Part shown: positions 36,051 to 45,873 of the stretch, piece by piece
How positions within the stretch are numbered: the stretch's first letter is position 1
Layout of the letters: every line of letters starts with the position of its first letter
Source: Patescibacteria group bacterium
GTDB taxonomy: Bacteria > Patescibacteriota > Patescibacteriia > JAHJFT01
Assembly: GCA_028710985.1 (NCBI GenBank)
Contig: JAQTTB010000001.1
Coordinates: 587,014 to 651,013 of the forward strand
Direction of reading: 5' to 3'
DNA: 64,000 nucleotides
The notes under the pieces: generated by a model
The model's database searches: none
What the model was told of the DNA's origin: nothing
What the model saw: only the letters and a program-made list of their open reading frames with translations
Program-made: the position numbers and the translations under genes

Positions 36051-37421
36051 TTAGAATTGCACCATGACCTCATTGCTGTATGCGCCGCACGAGCCGTTTT
36101 CATTATGCGCGCAGATGCGGAAATGGTACTCACCCGCGGCTTGAAGCGGGTAAAAATAATGCCGGCCGTACGAATAGGGGAAGTGGAAATAATTATCCGG
36201 TGGAAAAGTCGGATTCGTCGTTGTGCCTTGGATGATATTAAAGCCGTATGGCGATTCTATATTTTCAATTATCCAATTGAGATAAACGCCGCGTTCGTTC
36301 GGAGAGGCGTAGAGCAGAATTTTCGCCTCTTGTTTTATTTCAACCGGTTTGGCTGCCGGCGCGACTGGAGCCGCGGCTGCCGGTTCGGATGCCGCACCGA
36401 CGACCGCCGGGGCGGTTTCAGCCGGAGCAAAGATGTTTTCCAGCCGGCCGAGTGGCTGGCCGGAGAGTGAATCAAGCTCGCGGTTCCATGAGTAAAATTC
36501 TATTGCCAGTTCGCTGTCCGTAATTGACGAAATTGAGGTTGATTGCTGTTTCGAGTCGGCGCGATTTTCGATCACCGCCTTTTCGCCTTGGAGCAGGATC
36601 CGCTCGCTGGTTCCGGACGCGCCGTACATTTTTAAATTCACATTGCTTTCAAGCGCCCGGACCGCAAGTAGGGTCGATTCATGAATCGACCCCGCGCCTT
36701 CAATTTCCACGCCAAAAGCCGTGCCGAGCGCCGTGGTCTCGGCATTGAGCGAGCGCACGGTGTAGACAAGTGAGCCGCTTTTACTCACGCGGCTGTAGCT
36801 CTCACCAACTATCTGCTGAATGATGATGGAGTTTTCATTGGCTTCTTCAACGATAATATGCGCGTTCGCGCCAAGCCGTATCGCGCTGCCGTCGCTGAAA
36901 GCAAGAACCGCGCGGCTTGCCTCGCCGGTACGTATTTGGCGCTGGGCCGTGACGAGCGTCTCCACGGCGGCAGATGCCCAATAATTATTTTCCCAAATTT
37001 CAACCGTTCCTTGCGTGTAAACAAGAGTTGCCATAATTGGCGCCCCGACGGGCGTCGGGGGCGGGATAATGAAATTATTATTTGTTATTACCGGGTCCGT
37101 TCCGAATGGCACAAAGAATCTGATTCCGAGATAAATAGCGAGCACGATCGCGGAGAAAGCGAACGTCAAACCCGAGGCGTAACGATAGATTGATTTTTTG
37201 CGCGCGACACGCTCCTGTTTTTCGTCGGCCCAGCCATAATACAGTTTCTCTTTCAGAGTTTCGGCAAAAAAAGCGTCAATTTCAATATTCCTTGAGTCAA
37301 CGAGTCGGGTCTGGGCGAGTTTGCCGCCCAACTCAAAAAGCTCCTTATCTTCCGGGCCCAATTTTTCGGGTCGGCTGTCAAGAAAGGCTTTATTTAATTT
37401 ATTGGCGTTAAAATTCAGCAT
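36051..37421 (-). CDS. FecR-domain membrane protein, putative anti-sigma factor
   Basis: TM helix then IRTGEASRAVLAFSDGSAIRLG...ALGTAF; overlaps the ECF sigma stop codon. Confidence 0.8.
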   Translation of the reverse strand: MLNFNANKLNKAFLDSRPEKLGPEDKELFELGGKLAQTRLVDSRNIEIDAFFAETLKEKLYYGWADEKQERVARKKSIYRYASGLTFAFSAIVLAIYLGIRFFVPFGTDPVITNNNFIIPPPTPVGAPIMATLVYTQGTVEIWENNYWASAAVETLVTAQRQIRTGEASRAVLAFSDGSAIRLGANAHIIVEEANENSIIIQQIVGESYSRVSKSGSLVYTVRSLNAETTALGTAFGVEIEGAGSIHESTLLAVRALESNVNLKMYGASGTSERILLQGEKAVIENRADSKQQSTSISSITDSELAIEFYSWNRELDSLSGQPLGRLENIFAPAETAPAVVGAASEPAAAAPVAPAAKPVEIKQEAKILLYASPNERGVYLNWIIENIESPYGFNIIQGTTTNPTFPPDNYFHFPYSYGRHYFYPLQAAGEYHFRICAHNENGSCGAYSNEVMVQF

Positions 37422-37992
37422 ATTCGTCGGTTTGTAGTAAATTTACGCGCTCGGCGATTTGACGCAGAGATTTGAGCGCGCGGTGCACTCGCACGGCGAC
37501 CGCGCTCGCGCGGCAGCCCAGGATTACGGCAATTTCGTGATTATCCAATTCTTCAAAGAATTTAAGCGATAACACTTCCTGATATTCGGGCTTGAGCTGG
37601 TCCAGACACTCCCGAAGTTCCTCGCCGGTTTCCAAGAGGCAGACGCTTTCCTGGGGAGAAATCGGACAAGTGTCAGCCACGCGTTCGCGGATAACTTCCG
37701 GATCCATGGCCCATTCTTTCTTTTTCCGGGCGTTGTCAATAATAACGTTGGTGGCAATGCGGTATATCCAGGCTCCAAAGCTGATGCCGCGCTCCTCGTA
37801 GCGTCCCAGGTTCGCGAGCGCCTTAGCGAATGTCTGCGAGGTCAGATCCTCGGCTTCCTGGCGATGTCCGACGCGGTTCATGATGTATCCGAAGATTTTT
37901 GGCAAATAGTAATAGTACAGCTCTTCAAAAGCTTGCATGTTCCTTTTTGCCTGAATGACGAGCAAACGCTCTTTGTTGCGGTCCATAGCCAT
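37408..37992 (-). CDS. ECF RNA polymerase sigma factor
   Basis: AFEELY, AEDLTSQTF, FGAWIYRIATN, EIAVILG...VRVHRALKSLR. Confidence 0.93.
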   Translation of the reverse strand: MAMDRNKERLLVIQAKRNMQAFEELYYYYLPKIFGYIMNRVGHRQEAEDLTSQTFAKALANLGRYEERGISFGAWIYRIATNVIIDNARKKKEWAMDPEVIRERVADTCPISPQESVCLLETGEELRECLDQLKPEYQEVLSLKFFEELDNHEIAVILGCRASAVAVRVHRALKSLRQIAERVNLLQTDEYAEF

Positions 37993-38083
37993 AAATACAA
38001 CGCAGAATTTACATTATAATTTCAGCAAGAATTAGTCAAATTAAATAAAAAATTTTCCCAGGTCCGGGAAAATTTTATTATTA

Positions 38084-38605
38084 TTATTTTCGTTGGTTTT
38101 GTTCAACCATTTTTCGGATTGCCTCGAGCGCCCGAAGCTTCCGGGCGGTTTTATCGGCGCGTTCCTTGGGGCCGTGCGCGTTCTGATAGTCAAAAGATGC
38201 CTGAGTTTCGGATATACAGGTAAGGAGTGGAGAAGCCTCGGGATCGCTAATGTTAATGCTTTTCCAATTGTCATTTTGAATATCTCGGAGAAGCTGCTGC
38301 AGATCTTCGGATTCTTTTTTAAAATCTCGGGCCGCTTCGGCGTCGCTTTGCCGTTCGGCATCAATAACCAGCGTCTGTTTATCATCAATCATTTTTCCAA
38401 GCCATCGTTCCGCCGCTTCAACCGACGCAGTACGAGCTTCTGCGCCGTGTTCGCTCGGCGTCAGACGAAATTTTTTCAGCATCTCTTGTTTAAATTCGTC
38501 AGCGGGCTGGGCGCTGTCACTCGAACCGACGTGGGCGCCGCCTTCTTCAGCCGGCACAAAATCGCTCGGATACGGTTCACTTATTGGCTCATGTTTTTCT
38601 GGCAT
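38084..38605 (-). CDS. Hypothetical protein
   Basis: ATG at 38605 (MPEKHEP); the longer ORF in the track reads through repeats. Confidence 0.7.
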   Translation of the reverse strand: MPEKHEPISEPYPSDFVPAEEGGAHVGSSDSAQPADEFKQEMLKKFRLTPSEHGAEARTASVEAAERWLGKMIDDKQTLVIDAERQSDAEAARDFKKESEDLQQLLRDIQNDNWKSINISDPEASPLLTCISETQASFDYQNAHGPKERADKTARKLRALEAIRKMVEQNQRK

Positions 38606-38612
38606 AATATTT

Positions 38613-38694
38613 AATTTTGAATTTAAAATTTTGAATTTCGAATTTAGGTTTTTTGATTTTGAAATTAAGAATTCGAAATTCAAAATTCTAAAAT
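38613..38694. repeat. Inverted heptamer tandem array (AATTT(C/T)G / (C)GAAATT), no cargo gene
   Basis: aattttg aatttaa aattttg aatttcg aatttag ... gaaatta agaattc gaaattc aaaattc taaaat. Confidence 0.85.
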
Positions 38695-39548
38695 GCCTCT
38701 GCCCAATGCTCAGATACTTCAACCTCGAGTTCAAGATAAACTTTTTTTTGCGTAATTGCTTCGATATCGCGCCGCGCCGATTGGCCGATCGATTTTATCA
38801 TGTGGCCGCCCTTTCCAACAATCATTCCCTTGTAACGCGGCGTGTGTGTTAGTATGCGCGCCCTGATATAGAGTACGCCGGTTTCTCGTTCCTCGATTTC
38901 ATCAACCTCAACATTCGTTGAATAAGGAAGCTCCTGATGCAGTCTCATAAAAACTTTTTCACGGATGAGTTCGGCGAACCAGAGTTTATTTTCAACGTTC
39001 GTGAGCTGGTGCTCGGGATAGAATGGTTCACCCTCGGGCAGCACATCCAGAACCTTTTCCATCAGGAGGCCGAGATTCTTGGCATCAATCGCCGAAACCG
39101 AAATCATATCGTTGAAATTTTTTGCAAGCGCTTTATATTCCTCAATGAACGGGGGATTGGGAATATCGGATTTATTTATAACCAAAAATTTAGGTTTATT
39201 TATCGTGTCAACCAAGGCGAGGAGCTCACGTTCTTCCGGGCCGATTGGTTTGGTCGGGTCAATGACATAAATCAGGGCGTCGATATTTCTCATTGATTCG
39301 CGTGCGCGTACATTTAATTTTTTTGTCAAAATATCCTTGCCCTTGTGGAAAATGCCGGGCGTGTCAATAAAAACAATCTGCCCGCGCTTGTGGTGCACGA
39401 TGCCCTGGAGCGCGTGCCGGGTGGTTTGCGGCTTTGGCGTGGTGATGGCGACCTTGGTGCCGACCAGCGCATTTAGAAGCGTTGATTTGCCGACATTTGA
39501 CCGGCCGACGAGAACCACGAAGCCGGATTTTTTATCCGGAATATCCAT
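38688..39548 (-). CDS. era: GTPase Era
   Basis: GRSNVGKS, PQTTR, DTPG, NKSD, ELPY, KH-domain VGKGG. Confidence 0.97.
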   Translation of the reverse strand: MDIPDKKSGFVVLVGRSNVGKSTLLNALVGTKVAITTPKPQTTRHALQGIVHHKRGQIVFIDTPGIFHKGKDILTKKLNVRARESMRNIDALIYVIDPTKPIGPEERELLALVDTINKPKFLVINKSDIPNPPFIEEYKALAKNFNDMISVSAIDAKNLGLLMEKVLDVLPEGEPFYPEHQLTNVENKLWFAELIREKVFMRLHQELPYSTNVEVDEIEERETGVLYIRARILTHTPRYKGMIVGKGGHMIKSIGQSARRDIEAITQKKVYLELEVEVSEHWAEAF

Positions 39549-39650
39549 ATTTCTTATATAAATCTACAATATTTTTAGTGATTTGTCAATGTTTGGTAGG
39601 GAACAAAATCATTGAAAATTGAGCGGTTTTGTGATACAATCTCATAAAAT

Positions 39651-40364
39651 ATGCTAAGCATCATAATCCCAACCTATAACGAAGAACAGCTTCTGCCGCG
39701 TCTGCTCGCTTCCATCAAGGAGCAGGATTATTGCGATTACGAAATAATTGTGGCTGATGCCGCCTCAAGCGATCGTACGCCCGCGATTGCCGCCGAATTC
39801 GGCGCGCGCGTGGTGCCAGGCGGATTGCCGCCGGTGGGACGCAATCGCGGCGCCGCGACGACCACGGGCGAGAAGATTCTGTTTTTGGATGCGGACGTGG
39901 TTTTGCCGCGCCGCGATTTTCTCTCCAGCGCGATCCAGGAGTTCGATTCGCGCGCCCTGGATATCGCCACCTGCCGGGTCGATCCGATAGGCGACAAAAA
40001 AATCGATAAGTTGTTTCATTGGTTTTATAATTTTTACACCGCGTGTCTGGCTTCAATCCGACCGCACGCCCCTGGGTTTTGCATTCTGGTGCGCCGCCAT
40101 CTGCATGAAAAACTGGGCGGTTTTGACGAAGAAATCAAGCTCGCCGAAGACCAGGATTATTCCCAGCGCGCCGCCAAACTCGGACAATTCGGCTTTCTTT
40201 CCGAATATCTGCCGGTTTCCACGCGCCGGTTTGAACGCGACGGCCGGCTCAATGTCATCTTCAAATATGTTATCTGCGAGTTTTATATGATGCTTTTCGG
40301 CGGGCCGAAAAGTGACATATTCAAATATCGCTTCGGCTATCCGAAGGATAAAACATTAAAGTGA
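39651..40364 (+). CDS. Family 2 glycosyltransferase
   Basis: LSIIIPTYNEE, FLDAD, GGFDE, ED. Confidence 0.92.
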   Translation: MLSIIIPTYNEEQLLPRLLASIKEQDYCDYEIIVADAASSDRTPAIAAEFGARVVPGGLPPVGRNRGAATTTGEKILFLDADVVLPRRDFLSSAIQEFDSRALDIATCRVDPIGDKKIDKLFHWFYNFYTACLASIRPHAPGFCILVRRHLHEKLGGFDEEIKLAEDQDYSQRAAKLGQFGFLSEYLPVSTRRFERDGRLNVIFKYVICEFYMMLFGGPKSDIFKYRFGYPKDKTLK

Positions 40365-40429
40365 GTGTGTTTCACAAATATGAAACACGCTCATCCCGAG
40401 TCCCCCGCGGTGCGGGGGCGAGGGATCTC
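40362..40429. repeat. Hairpin plus CTCATCCCGAG[hairpin]CGAGGGATCT repeat
   Basis: Same architecture as 48340-48407, 59019-59064 and 59622-59675. Confidence 0.7.
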
Positions 40430-40503
40430 TGATATTCCAAATAAGGAATCCCGCTAAAAAAGTGATATGCGCCTAGAATTATCTAATAGTTTAAATTAAA
40501 AAT

Positions 40504-41679
40504 ATGCGGAGGAAAATTTTTATTTTCGCTTTTGCGATATTGTTTGCCCTTGGCGTCCAGCCGGCGTTTGCTTATACATACGACATTGGTATTCAGCAGG
40601 CCGGCATATTTTTTTCCAAAACCAGGCTCATTGCCGACGATCAGATTCGCATCTATGCGAGAATTCAGAATTACGGTACTACCGACGTGGCCGGCTATGT
40701 CGCGTTTTTCAAGGGAAATGAAAAGATCGGAGACTCGCAGGTCGTGACCGTGCGCGCCGGCGGTTTGGATGACGAAGTTTATGTTGATTTCACCGTGCCG
40801 CGTGGCATGTTTAATATCCGCGCCGAAATCAAGGGCCAGAATCCGGGGGACGAGAATCCGGCAAACGACGTGGAGATAACCACTATGTTGTATCCCGAGA
40901 TTGATGACGACGGCGACGGTATTCCGAACGGCGACGACAATTGCGATAGCGTGGCCAATCCGGATCAGGAAGATACTGATCGTGACGGCTTAGGCGATGT
41001 CTGCGATCCGGATGATGATAATGACGGCGTGCCGGACGATCGGGAGCAGGACGAGGGCACCAACCCCACCGATCCGGATACCGACAATGATGGCTTTGAC
41101 GATTCCGAAGATAGCTATCCACTTGACCCGGCCCGCCACGAGGTTCCGCCGGCCGAAACCGCTGAGTCTAGGCCCGAAGAACAACCCGAATCCCCGGCAA
41201 AAACCGAGGAACAAAGCACTCGGCAGGAAACCATCGCCGAGGATGAGGAGGTTGTAACCCCCGAAGAAACTCTGCCAGTCAAAGAACTTCCATCGCTCGG
41301 TAATCTGCAAATTTCTCCGTATGCTTCATTCAGTTTCTGTCGGCTTACCTGGAACCAGTATGAGTTTCAGGCCCTCGGCGCCATGCGCGAGAATTACACA
41401 TATCACTGGGAGTTTGGCGACGGCGAGAACTCGGATTCGGAAAAGATATCTCACACGTTCGCGAAGAGCGGGGATTACACCGTCTCGCTTGAGGTCACCG
41501 ACCTCGGCGGCAATATCGCGCGCGACGAAGTCTATATCTCAATCAGTTTTTTCAATTTTGACAACTGGAAACTCCGTGCGCTGGTCGGCGGATTTCTGGC
41601 GGCGGTCGTAATAATTCTCATTATTCTCGGCCGGATGGCGCAGAAAAGTCAGGAAAAACACGGAAGCACTAATAAGTAA
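40504..41679 (+). CDS. Surface protein with CARDB-like, thrombospondin type-3 Ca-binding repeats, PKD domain and C-terminal TM helix
   Basis: DDDGDGIPNGDDNC..NPDQEDTDRDGLGDVCD; WEFGDG..HTF...GDYTVSL. Confidence 0.85.
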   Translation: MRRKIFIFAFAILFALGVQPAFAYTYDIGIQQAGIFFSKTRLIADDQIRIYARIQNYGTTDVAGYVAFFKGNEKIGDSQVVTVRAGGLDDEVYVDFTVPRGMFNIRAEIKGQNPGDENPANDVEITTMLYPEIDDDGDGIPNGDDNCDSVANPDQEDTDRDGLGDVCDPDDDNDGVPDDREQDEGTNPTDPDTDNDGFDDSEDSYPLDPARHEVPPAETAESRPEEQPESPAKTEEQSTRQETIAEDEEVVTPEETLPVKELPSLGNLQISPYASFSFCRLTWNQYEFQALGAMRENYTYHWEFGDGENSDSEKISHTFAKSGDYTVSLEVTDLGGNIARDEVYISISFFNFDNWKLRALVGGFLAAVVIILIILGRMAQKSQEKHGSTNK

Positions 41680-41682
41680 ACC

Positions 41683-43314
41683 ATGCGTGAAAAACTGAAA
41701 AATTTCTTTAATGGCAAATCAACCAGCATAATTTCCGCGGCCGTGATTGTCGCGGCTGCTTCTTTCGCAAGCCGGCTCCTCGGCGTGGTGCGCGACCGCA
41801 TTCTCGCCGGCCAGTTCGGCGCCGGCGACGAACTTGATATTTATTACGCTGCGTTCCGCCTGCCCGATCTTGTCTACAGCCTGCTTGTCGCCGGCGCGCT
41901 TTCGGCCGGATTTATTCCCATCTTCGCCGAACTCATTAGCGGCGACAAATCGCAGAAAGCGGCTTGGCGCGTGGCGAACGGTGTCTTGAATATCGTTTTT
42001 TTGGGCACGGCCGCGCTTTGCGCCATTCTTGCTCTGCTCGCGCCTTATATCATTCCGTTTGTCACGCCCGGATTTTCCGGCGAAAAGCTTGAATTCACTA
42101 TTCAACTCTCGCGCATCATGTTTCTCTCGCCGTTATTTTTGGGCCTTGGTGCCGTGTTCGGCGGCATCCTGCAGACGCATAAGCGCTTCATCCTGTATTC
42201 AGTCGCGCCCATATTCTATAATCTGGGCATCATCTTCGGCGCGTTATTTTTAGTGGACCGCTTCGGCTTGGCCGGGCTCGCTTACGGCGTGGCAATTGGC
42301 GCATTTTTGCATTTTGCGGTGCAGATTCCCGGCGCGTACGCGCTCGGCTGGCGCTACTCGCCGGCTCTGCCCCTTGGCGATAAGCATGTCCGGAAAATCG
42401 GCAAAATGATGGTGCCGCGCGTTTTGAGCCTCGCGGTCAACAATATTAATATCATCGTCATCACGGCCATTGCTTCAACCCTTGCGGCCGGCAGCGTGGC
42501 GGTTTTTAATCTCGCGAACAATCTTCAGTATTTTCCGGTCGGCATTATCGGTTTCTCGTTTGCTATTGCCGCGTTTCCGACCATCTCCGAATTCGCGGCA
42601 TCCGAATCCTGGGAAAAATTCAGAAAAGCATTTTCCAATACCGTGCGCGATATTCTTTTTTTCATGATCCCGGCTTCAATCGTCTTCCTTCTGCTCCGCG
42701 CCCAGATCGTGCGCGTCATTCTGGGTTATGGCGAGTTTTCTTGGGAGGATACCATTCTCACCGCCGACGCGCTCGCGTTTTTTGCTTTAAGCCTTTTTGC
42801 GCAGGCAATCGTCCCGCTTTTGGTGCGCATGTTTTTCGCGGTAAAAAATACGGCCACGCCGTTCATTGCCGCCATACTTTCGGCCGCGCTCAATATCGCG
42901 CTCGCGCTCTGGCTCATTGAGCCGCTTGGCGTGGTCGGCCTTGCTCTCGCGTTCACCGCCGCGAGCATCTTTAACGCCGTTTTTCTCTGGGTGGCTTTGC
43001 GTTTCCGGGTCGGATACCTTTTCGAATTTACAATTATCCAGTCTTTGTATAAGATAACCGTTGCGGCGCTTGCCATGGGCCTGGTCATCCAGGTTTCCAA
43101 ATATCTAGTTGAGCCGTTTGTGAACATGCAGACATTCATCGGTATTCTGACGCAGGGCGCGGTCGCCGGCGGGCTCGGGCTTCTGGTCTATTGCCTCGTC
43201 TGCCTGATCCTCCGCAGTCCGGAAATGCTGAATTTTAAAGCCTCTCTGCAGAGAAAATTATTTAAAAAATATTACAAACCCCAGGAGAGCCTGGAAGGAG
43301 CAGATAAACTGTGA
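41683..43314 (+). CDS. murJ: Lipid II flippase MurJ
   Basis: SRLLGVVRD, AAFRLPD, GALSAGFIP; many TM helices. Confidence 0.95.
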   Translation: MREKLKNFFNGKSTSIISAAVIVAAASFASRLLGVVRDRILAGQFGAGDELDIYYAAFRLPDLVYSLLVAGALSAGFIPIFAELISGDKSQKAAWRVANGVLNIVFLGTAALCAILALLAPYIIPFVTPGFSGEKLEFTIQLSRIMFLSPLFLGLGAVFGGILQTHKRFILYSVAPIFYNLGIIFGALFLVDRFGLAGLAYGVAIGAFLHFAVQIPGAYALGWRYSPALPLGDKHVRKIGKMMVPRVLSLAVNNINIIVITAIASTLAAGSVAVFNLANNLQYFPVGIIGFSFAIAAFPTISEFAASESWEKFRKAFSNTVRDILFFMIPASIVFLLLRAQIVRVILGYGEFSWEDTILTADALAFFALSLFAQAIVPLLVRMFFAVKNTATPFIAAILSAALNIALALWLIEPLGVVGLALAFTAASIFNAVFLWVALRFRVGYLFEFTIIQSLYKITVAALAMGLVIQVSKYLVEPFVNMQTFIGILTQGAVAGGLGLLVYCLVCLILRSPEMLNFKASLQRKLFKKYYKPQESLEGADKL

Positions 43315-43373
43315 ACAACCTCCGCAACTTTTGCATCATCGCGCACATTGACCACGGCCTGCCTTCGGCAGGC
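43311..43373 (+). pseudogene. Duplicate of the lepA 5' end (47 bp, synonymously diverged) ended by the palindrome gcctgcc-ttc-ggcaggc
   Basis: GTG AAC AAC CTC CGC AAC TTT TGC ATC ATC GCG CAC ATT GAC CAC GG encodes the same MNNLRNFCIIAHIDHG; the GTG overlaps the murJ TGA. Confidence 0.9.
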
Positions 43374-43401
43374 GAGAGTGCCCTAATCAACGTTTAATCA
43401 C

Positions 43402-45171
43402 ATGAACAATCTCCGCAACTTTTGCATCATTGCCCATATCGACCACGGTAAGTCCACGCTGGCTGACCGTTTTTTAGAATTAACAGGCACGGTTGATAAA
43501 AGAAAAATGAAAGAGCAGATTCTGGACAGCATGGATCTTGAGCGCGAAAAGGGGATCACCATCAAACTCCAGCCCGTGCGCATGGAATACGAGGGATATA
43601 TTTTAAATCTGATTGACACTCCCGGGCATGTTGATTTTAATTACGAAGTTTCGCGGTCATTGGCCGCGGTTGAGGGCGCGATTCTCTTGGTTGACGCGAC
43701 CCAGGGCGTGCAGGCGCAGACACTCGGCAATCTGTATATGGCCCTGGAGCAGAATCTCGCCATCATTCCGGTATTGAATAAAATTGATCTGCAAAATGCC
43801 GATGTCGAACGCTGCCGCGAGGAGCTCGTGAAACTCATCGGCTGTAAGCGCGAAGAGATTTTTGAAGTTTCGGCCAAGACCGGCAAAAATGTTGAACAAG
43901 TACTCCGGGCTGTGATTCGCGAAGTTCCGCCCCCGTTCGGCGAGGCGTCCGCTCCCCTCCAAGCTTTAATTTTCGATTCCGACTACGATGAATATAAAGG
44001 CGTTGTCGCCGACGTGCGTTTGAAAAACGGGGAGCTGTATCCCGGTGACCGCATCCGGCTCGTCGGCACCGCCGCGCCGACCGAAGCGCTTGAAGTCGGA
44101 TATTTCCGGCCCCAGCTTGTGAAATCCGCCAAACTCGCGGCCGGCGACATCGGTTACATCGTCACGAGCCTTCGGACGATCAAGGATTGCCGCGTCGGCG
44201 ATACCATCACCCTGGAAAGCAATCCGGCGGCGCTTCTGCCCGGATACAAAGAGGTCAGGCCCATGGTTTATGCCGGCATTTTTCCGCGCGACGGCGCCGA
44301 GTACGCCCGCCTGCGCGAGGCCATGGACAAGTTAAAATTAAATGACGCGGCCCTCGCTTTTGAACCCGAACGCTCGCAGGCGCTCGGCTTCGGCTTCCGT
44401 TGCGGGCTCCTCGGCATGCTTCATCTTGAAATCGTGCAAGAGCGGCTCCGGCGCGAATACAATCTGGATCTCGTGGTCACCATTCCGTCGGTGGCTTACA
44501 AAATATTTGACACCAAGGGAGAAGAGATTACCATCAAGTCCGCGCAGGAGATGCCCGACCCGTCGCGCGTTGAGCATATCGAAGAGCCGTGGGTGAGCGT
44601 GGACATCGTTACCCCCAAAGAGTTTGTCGGCAATATCATGTCGCTCGTCTCCGAACGCCGCGGCATTTACAAAAACACCGAATATCTGGATCCGAGCCGC
44701 ACGATTATGCATTATGACATTCCGCTCGCCGCCGTGATTGTTGATTTTTACGATAAACTTAAGAGCGCGTCATCCGGATACGCTTCGTTAAATTACGAAT
44801 TCATCGGCTATCGCCAGGCCAAGATAATCAAGCTCACGATCCTGGTGGCCGAAGAAACGGTTGAAGCCCTGTCCATGCTTGTGCCCGAAGATGAAGCCTA
44901 CCGCGAAGGCAAGCGCATCGTCACCCTGCTCAAAGAAAGCCTGCCGCGCCAGCAGTTTGTCATCAAAATTCAGGCCGCGATCGGCGGCAAGATTATCGCC
45001 GCCGAGCGGCTTTCCGCCTTCCGCAAGGATGTCATCGCCAAACTCTACGGCGGGGACGTCACGCGCAAAAACAAACTTCTGGAAAAACAGAAAAAGGGAA
45101 AGAAAAAAATGATGTCCCGCGGCCACGTGGAAATCCCGACTGAAACATTTTTGAAAGTACTTAAAAGATAA
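43402..45171 (+). CDS. lepA: Translation elongation factor 4
   Basis: IAHIDHGKSTLAD, REKGITIK, DTPGHVDF, GFRCGLLGMLH, KLYGGDVTRK. Confidence 0.98.
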   Translation: MNNLRNFCIIAHIDHGKSTLADRFLELTGTVDKRKMKEQILDSMDLEREKGITIKLQPVRMEYEGYILNLIDTPGHVDFNYEVSRSLAAVEGAILLVDATQGVQAQTLGNLYMALEQNLAIIPVLNKIDLQNADVERCREELVKLIGCKREEIFEVSAKTGKNVEQVLRAVIREVPPPFGEASAPLQALIFDSDYDEYKGVVADVRLKNGELYPGDRIRLVGTAAPTEALEVGYFRPQLVKSAKLAAGDIGYIVTSLRTIKDCRVGDTITLESNPAALLPGYKEVRPMVYAGIFPRDGAEYARLREAMDKLKLNDAALAFEPERSQALGFGFRCGLLGMLHLEIVQERLRREYNLDLVVTIPSVAYKIFDTKGEEITIKSAQEMPDPSRVEHIEEPWVSVDIVTPKEFVGNIMSLVSERRGIYKNTEYLDPSRTIMHYDIPLAAVIVDFYDKLKSASSGYASLNYEFIGYRQAKIIKLTILVAEETVEALSMLVPEDEAYREGKRIVTLLKESLPRQQFVIKIQAAIGGKIIAAERLSAFRKDVIAKLYGGDVTRKNKLLEKQKKGKKKMMSRGHVEIPTETFLKVLKR

Positions 45172-45183
45172 ATTTTTTTAATT

Positions 45184-45873
45184 ATGCCATTAAATATAAG
45201 CTATAGTGCAGAATTTGAAAAACGAAGAATAAAAAACACGATTAAAAAATTGTCTTGGTATAAAAAATTAGGGTACTCGCCCTGTTTCCCGAAAAATATT
45301 AATCCCCAAAATGATAATTTAAAAAAAATATACGCCGCTTTTAAAAATGAATACGACGAGGCAGATTATAAAAGAGCCGCTAGGGAGATTAACGAAAAAT
45401 TTTCTAAAATTGAAAGTACTTTTTACGATAAGCTAGAGAAAATATGCGGTAAAAAAATCAAAAGAAATTTTAAATTGATACTTACTAAATATGGCGTTGG
45501 CGGTTCTTATTCATCGCCAAATACAATAATATTCAACATTAAATGGAAGTTTTCAAACTCGGTTAATATAGTTTTGCATGAAATTACGCACCTAGTAATT
45601 GAACCGCACATAAAAAAATATCAAGTTCAACATAATGAAAAAGAACGGATAGTCGATTTGATTTTGACATCAAAGCCCATTGGATTGAAAAATTATAAAA
45701 TGCAACAAAGAGGAGAAGAATATAAGAAATTTTTTGACCCGCTATTTAAAAAATATTTTAAACCGCCCATAGGCAGTTTTTTTAAAAAATTAGCACGACT
45801 ACACAGAAATCCTTCCCTGCCCCTCCCTCCTGCCTGCCGACAGGCAGGTTATAAAGGGAGGGGACCGGAATAG
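45184..45873 (+). CDS. AT-rich hypothetical protein with HExxH motif (putative metallopeptidase)
   Basis: YGVGGSY...VLHEITH...HNEKE; the C-terminus runs into palindromic repeats. Confidence 0.7.
   Translation: MPLNISYSAEFEKRRIKNTIKKLSWYKKLGYSPCFPKNINPQNDNLKKIYAAFKNEYDEADYKRAAREINEKFSKIESTFYDKLEKICGKKIKRNFKLILTKYGVGGSYSSPNTIIFNIKWKFSNSVNIVLHEITHLVIEPHIKKYQVQHNEKERIVDLILTSKPIGLKNYKMQQRGEEYKKFFDPLFKKYFKPPIGSFFKKLARLHRNPSLPLPPACRQAGYKGRGPE

Noticed and set aside
38606-38734. Upstream extensions of ORFs 38084-38734, 54366-55253 and 19768-21219
   Set aside because: The extensions translate the heptamer or octamer arrays (ILNFEF..., IQNSKFEI, IHRFTDSP). Downstream ATGs were used instead.
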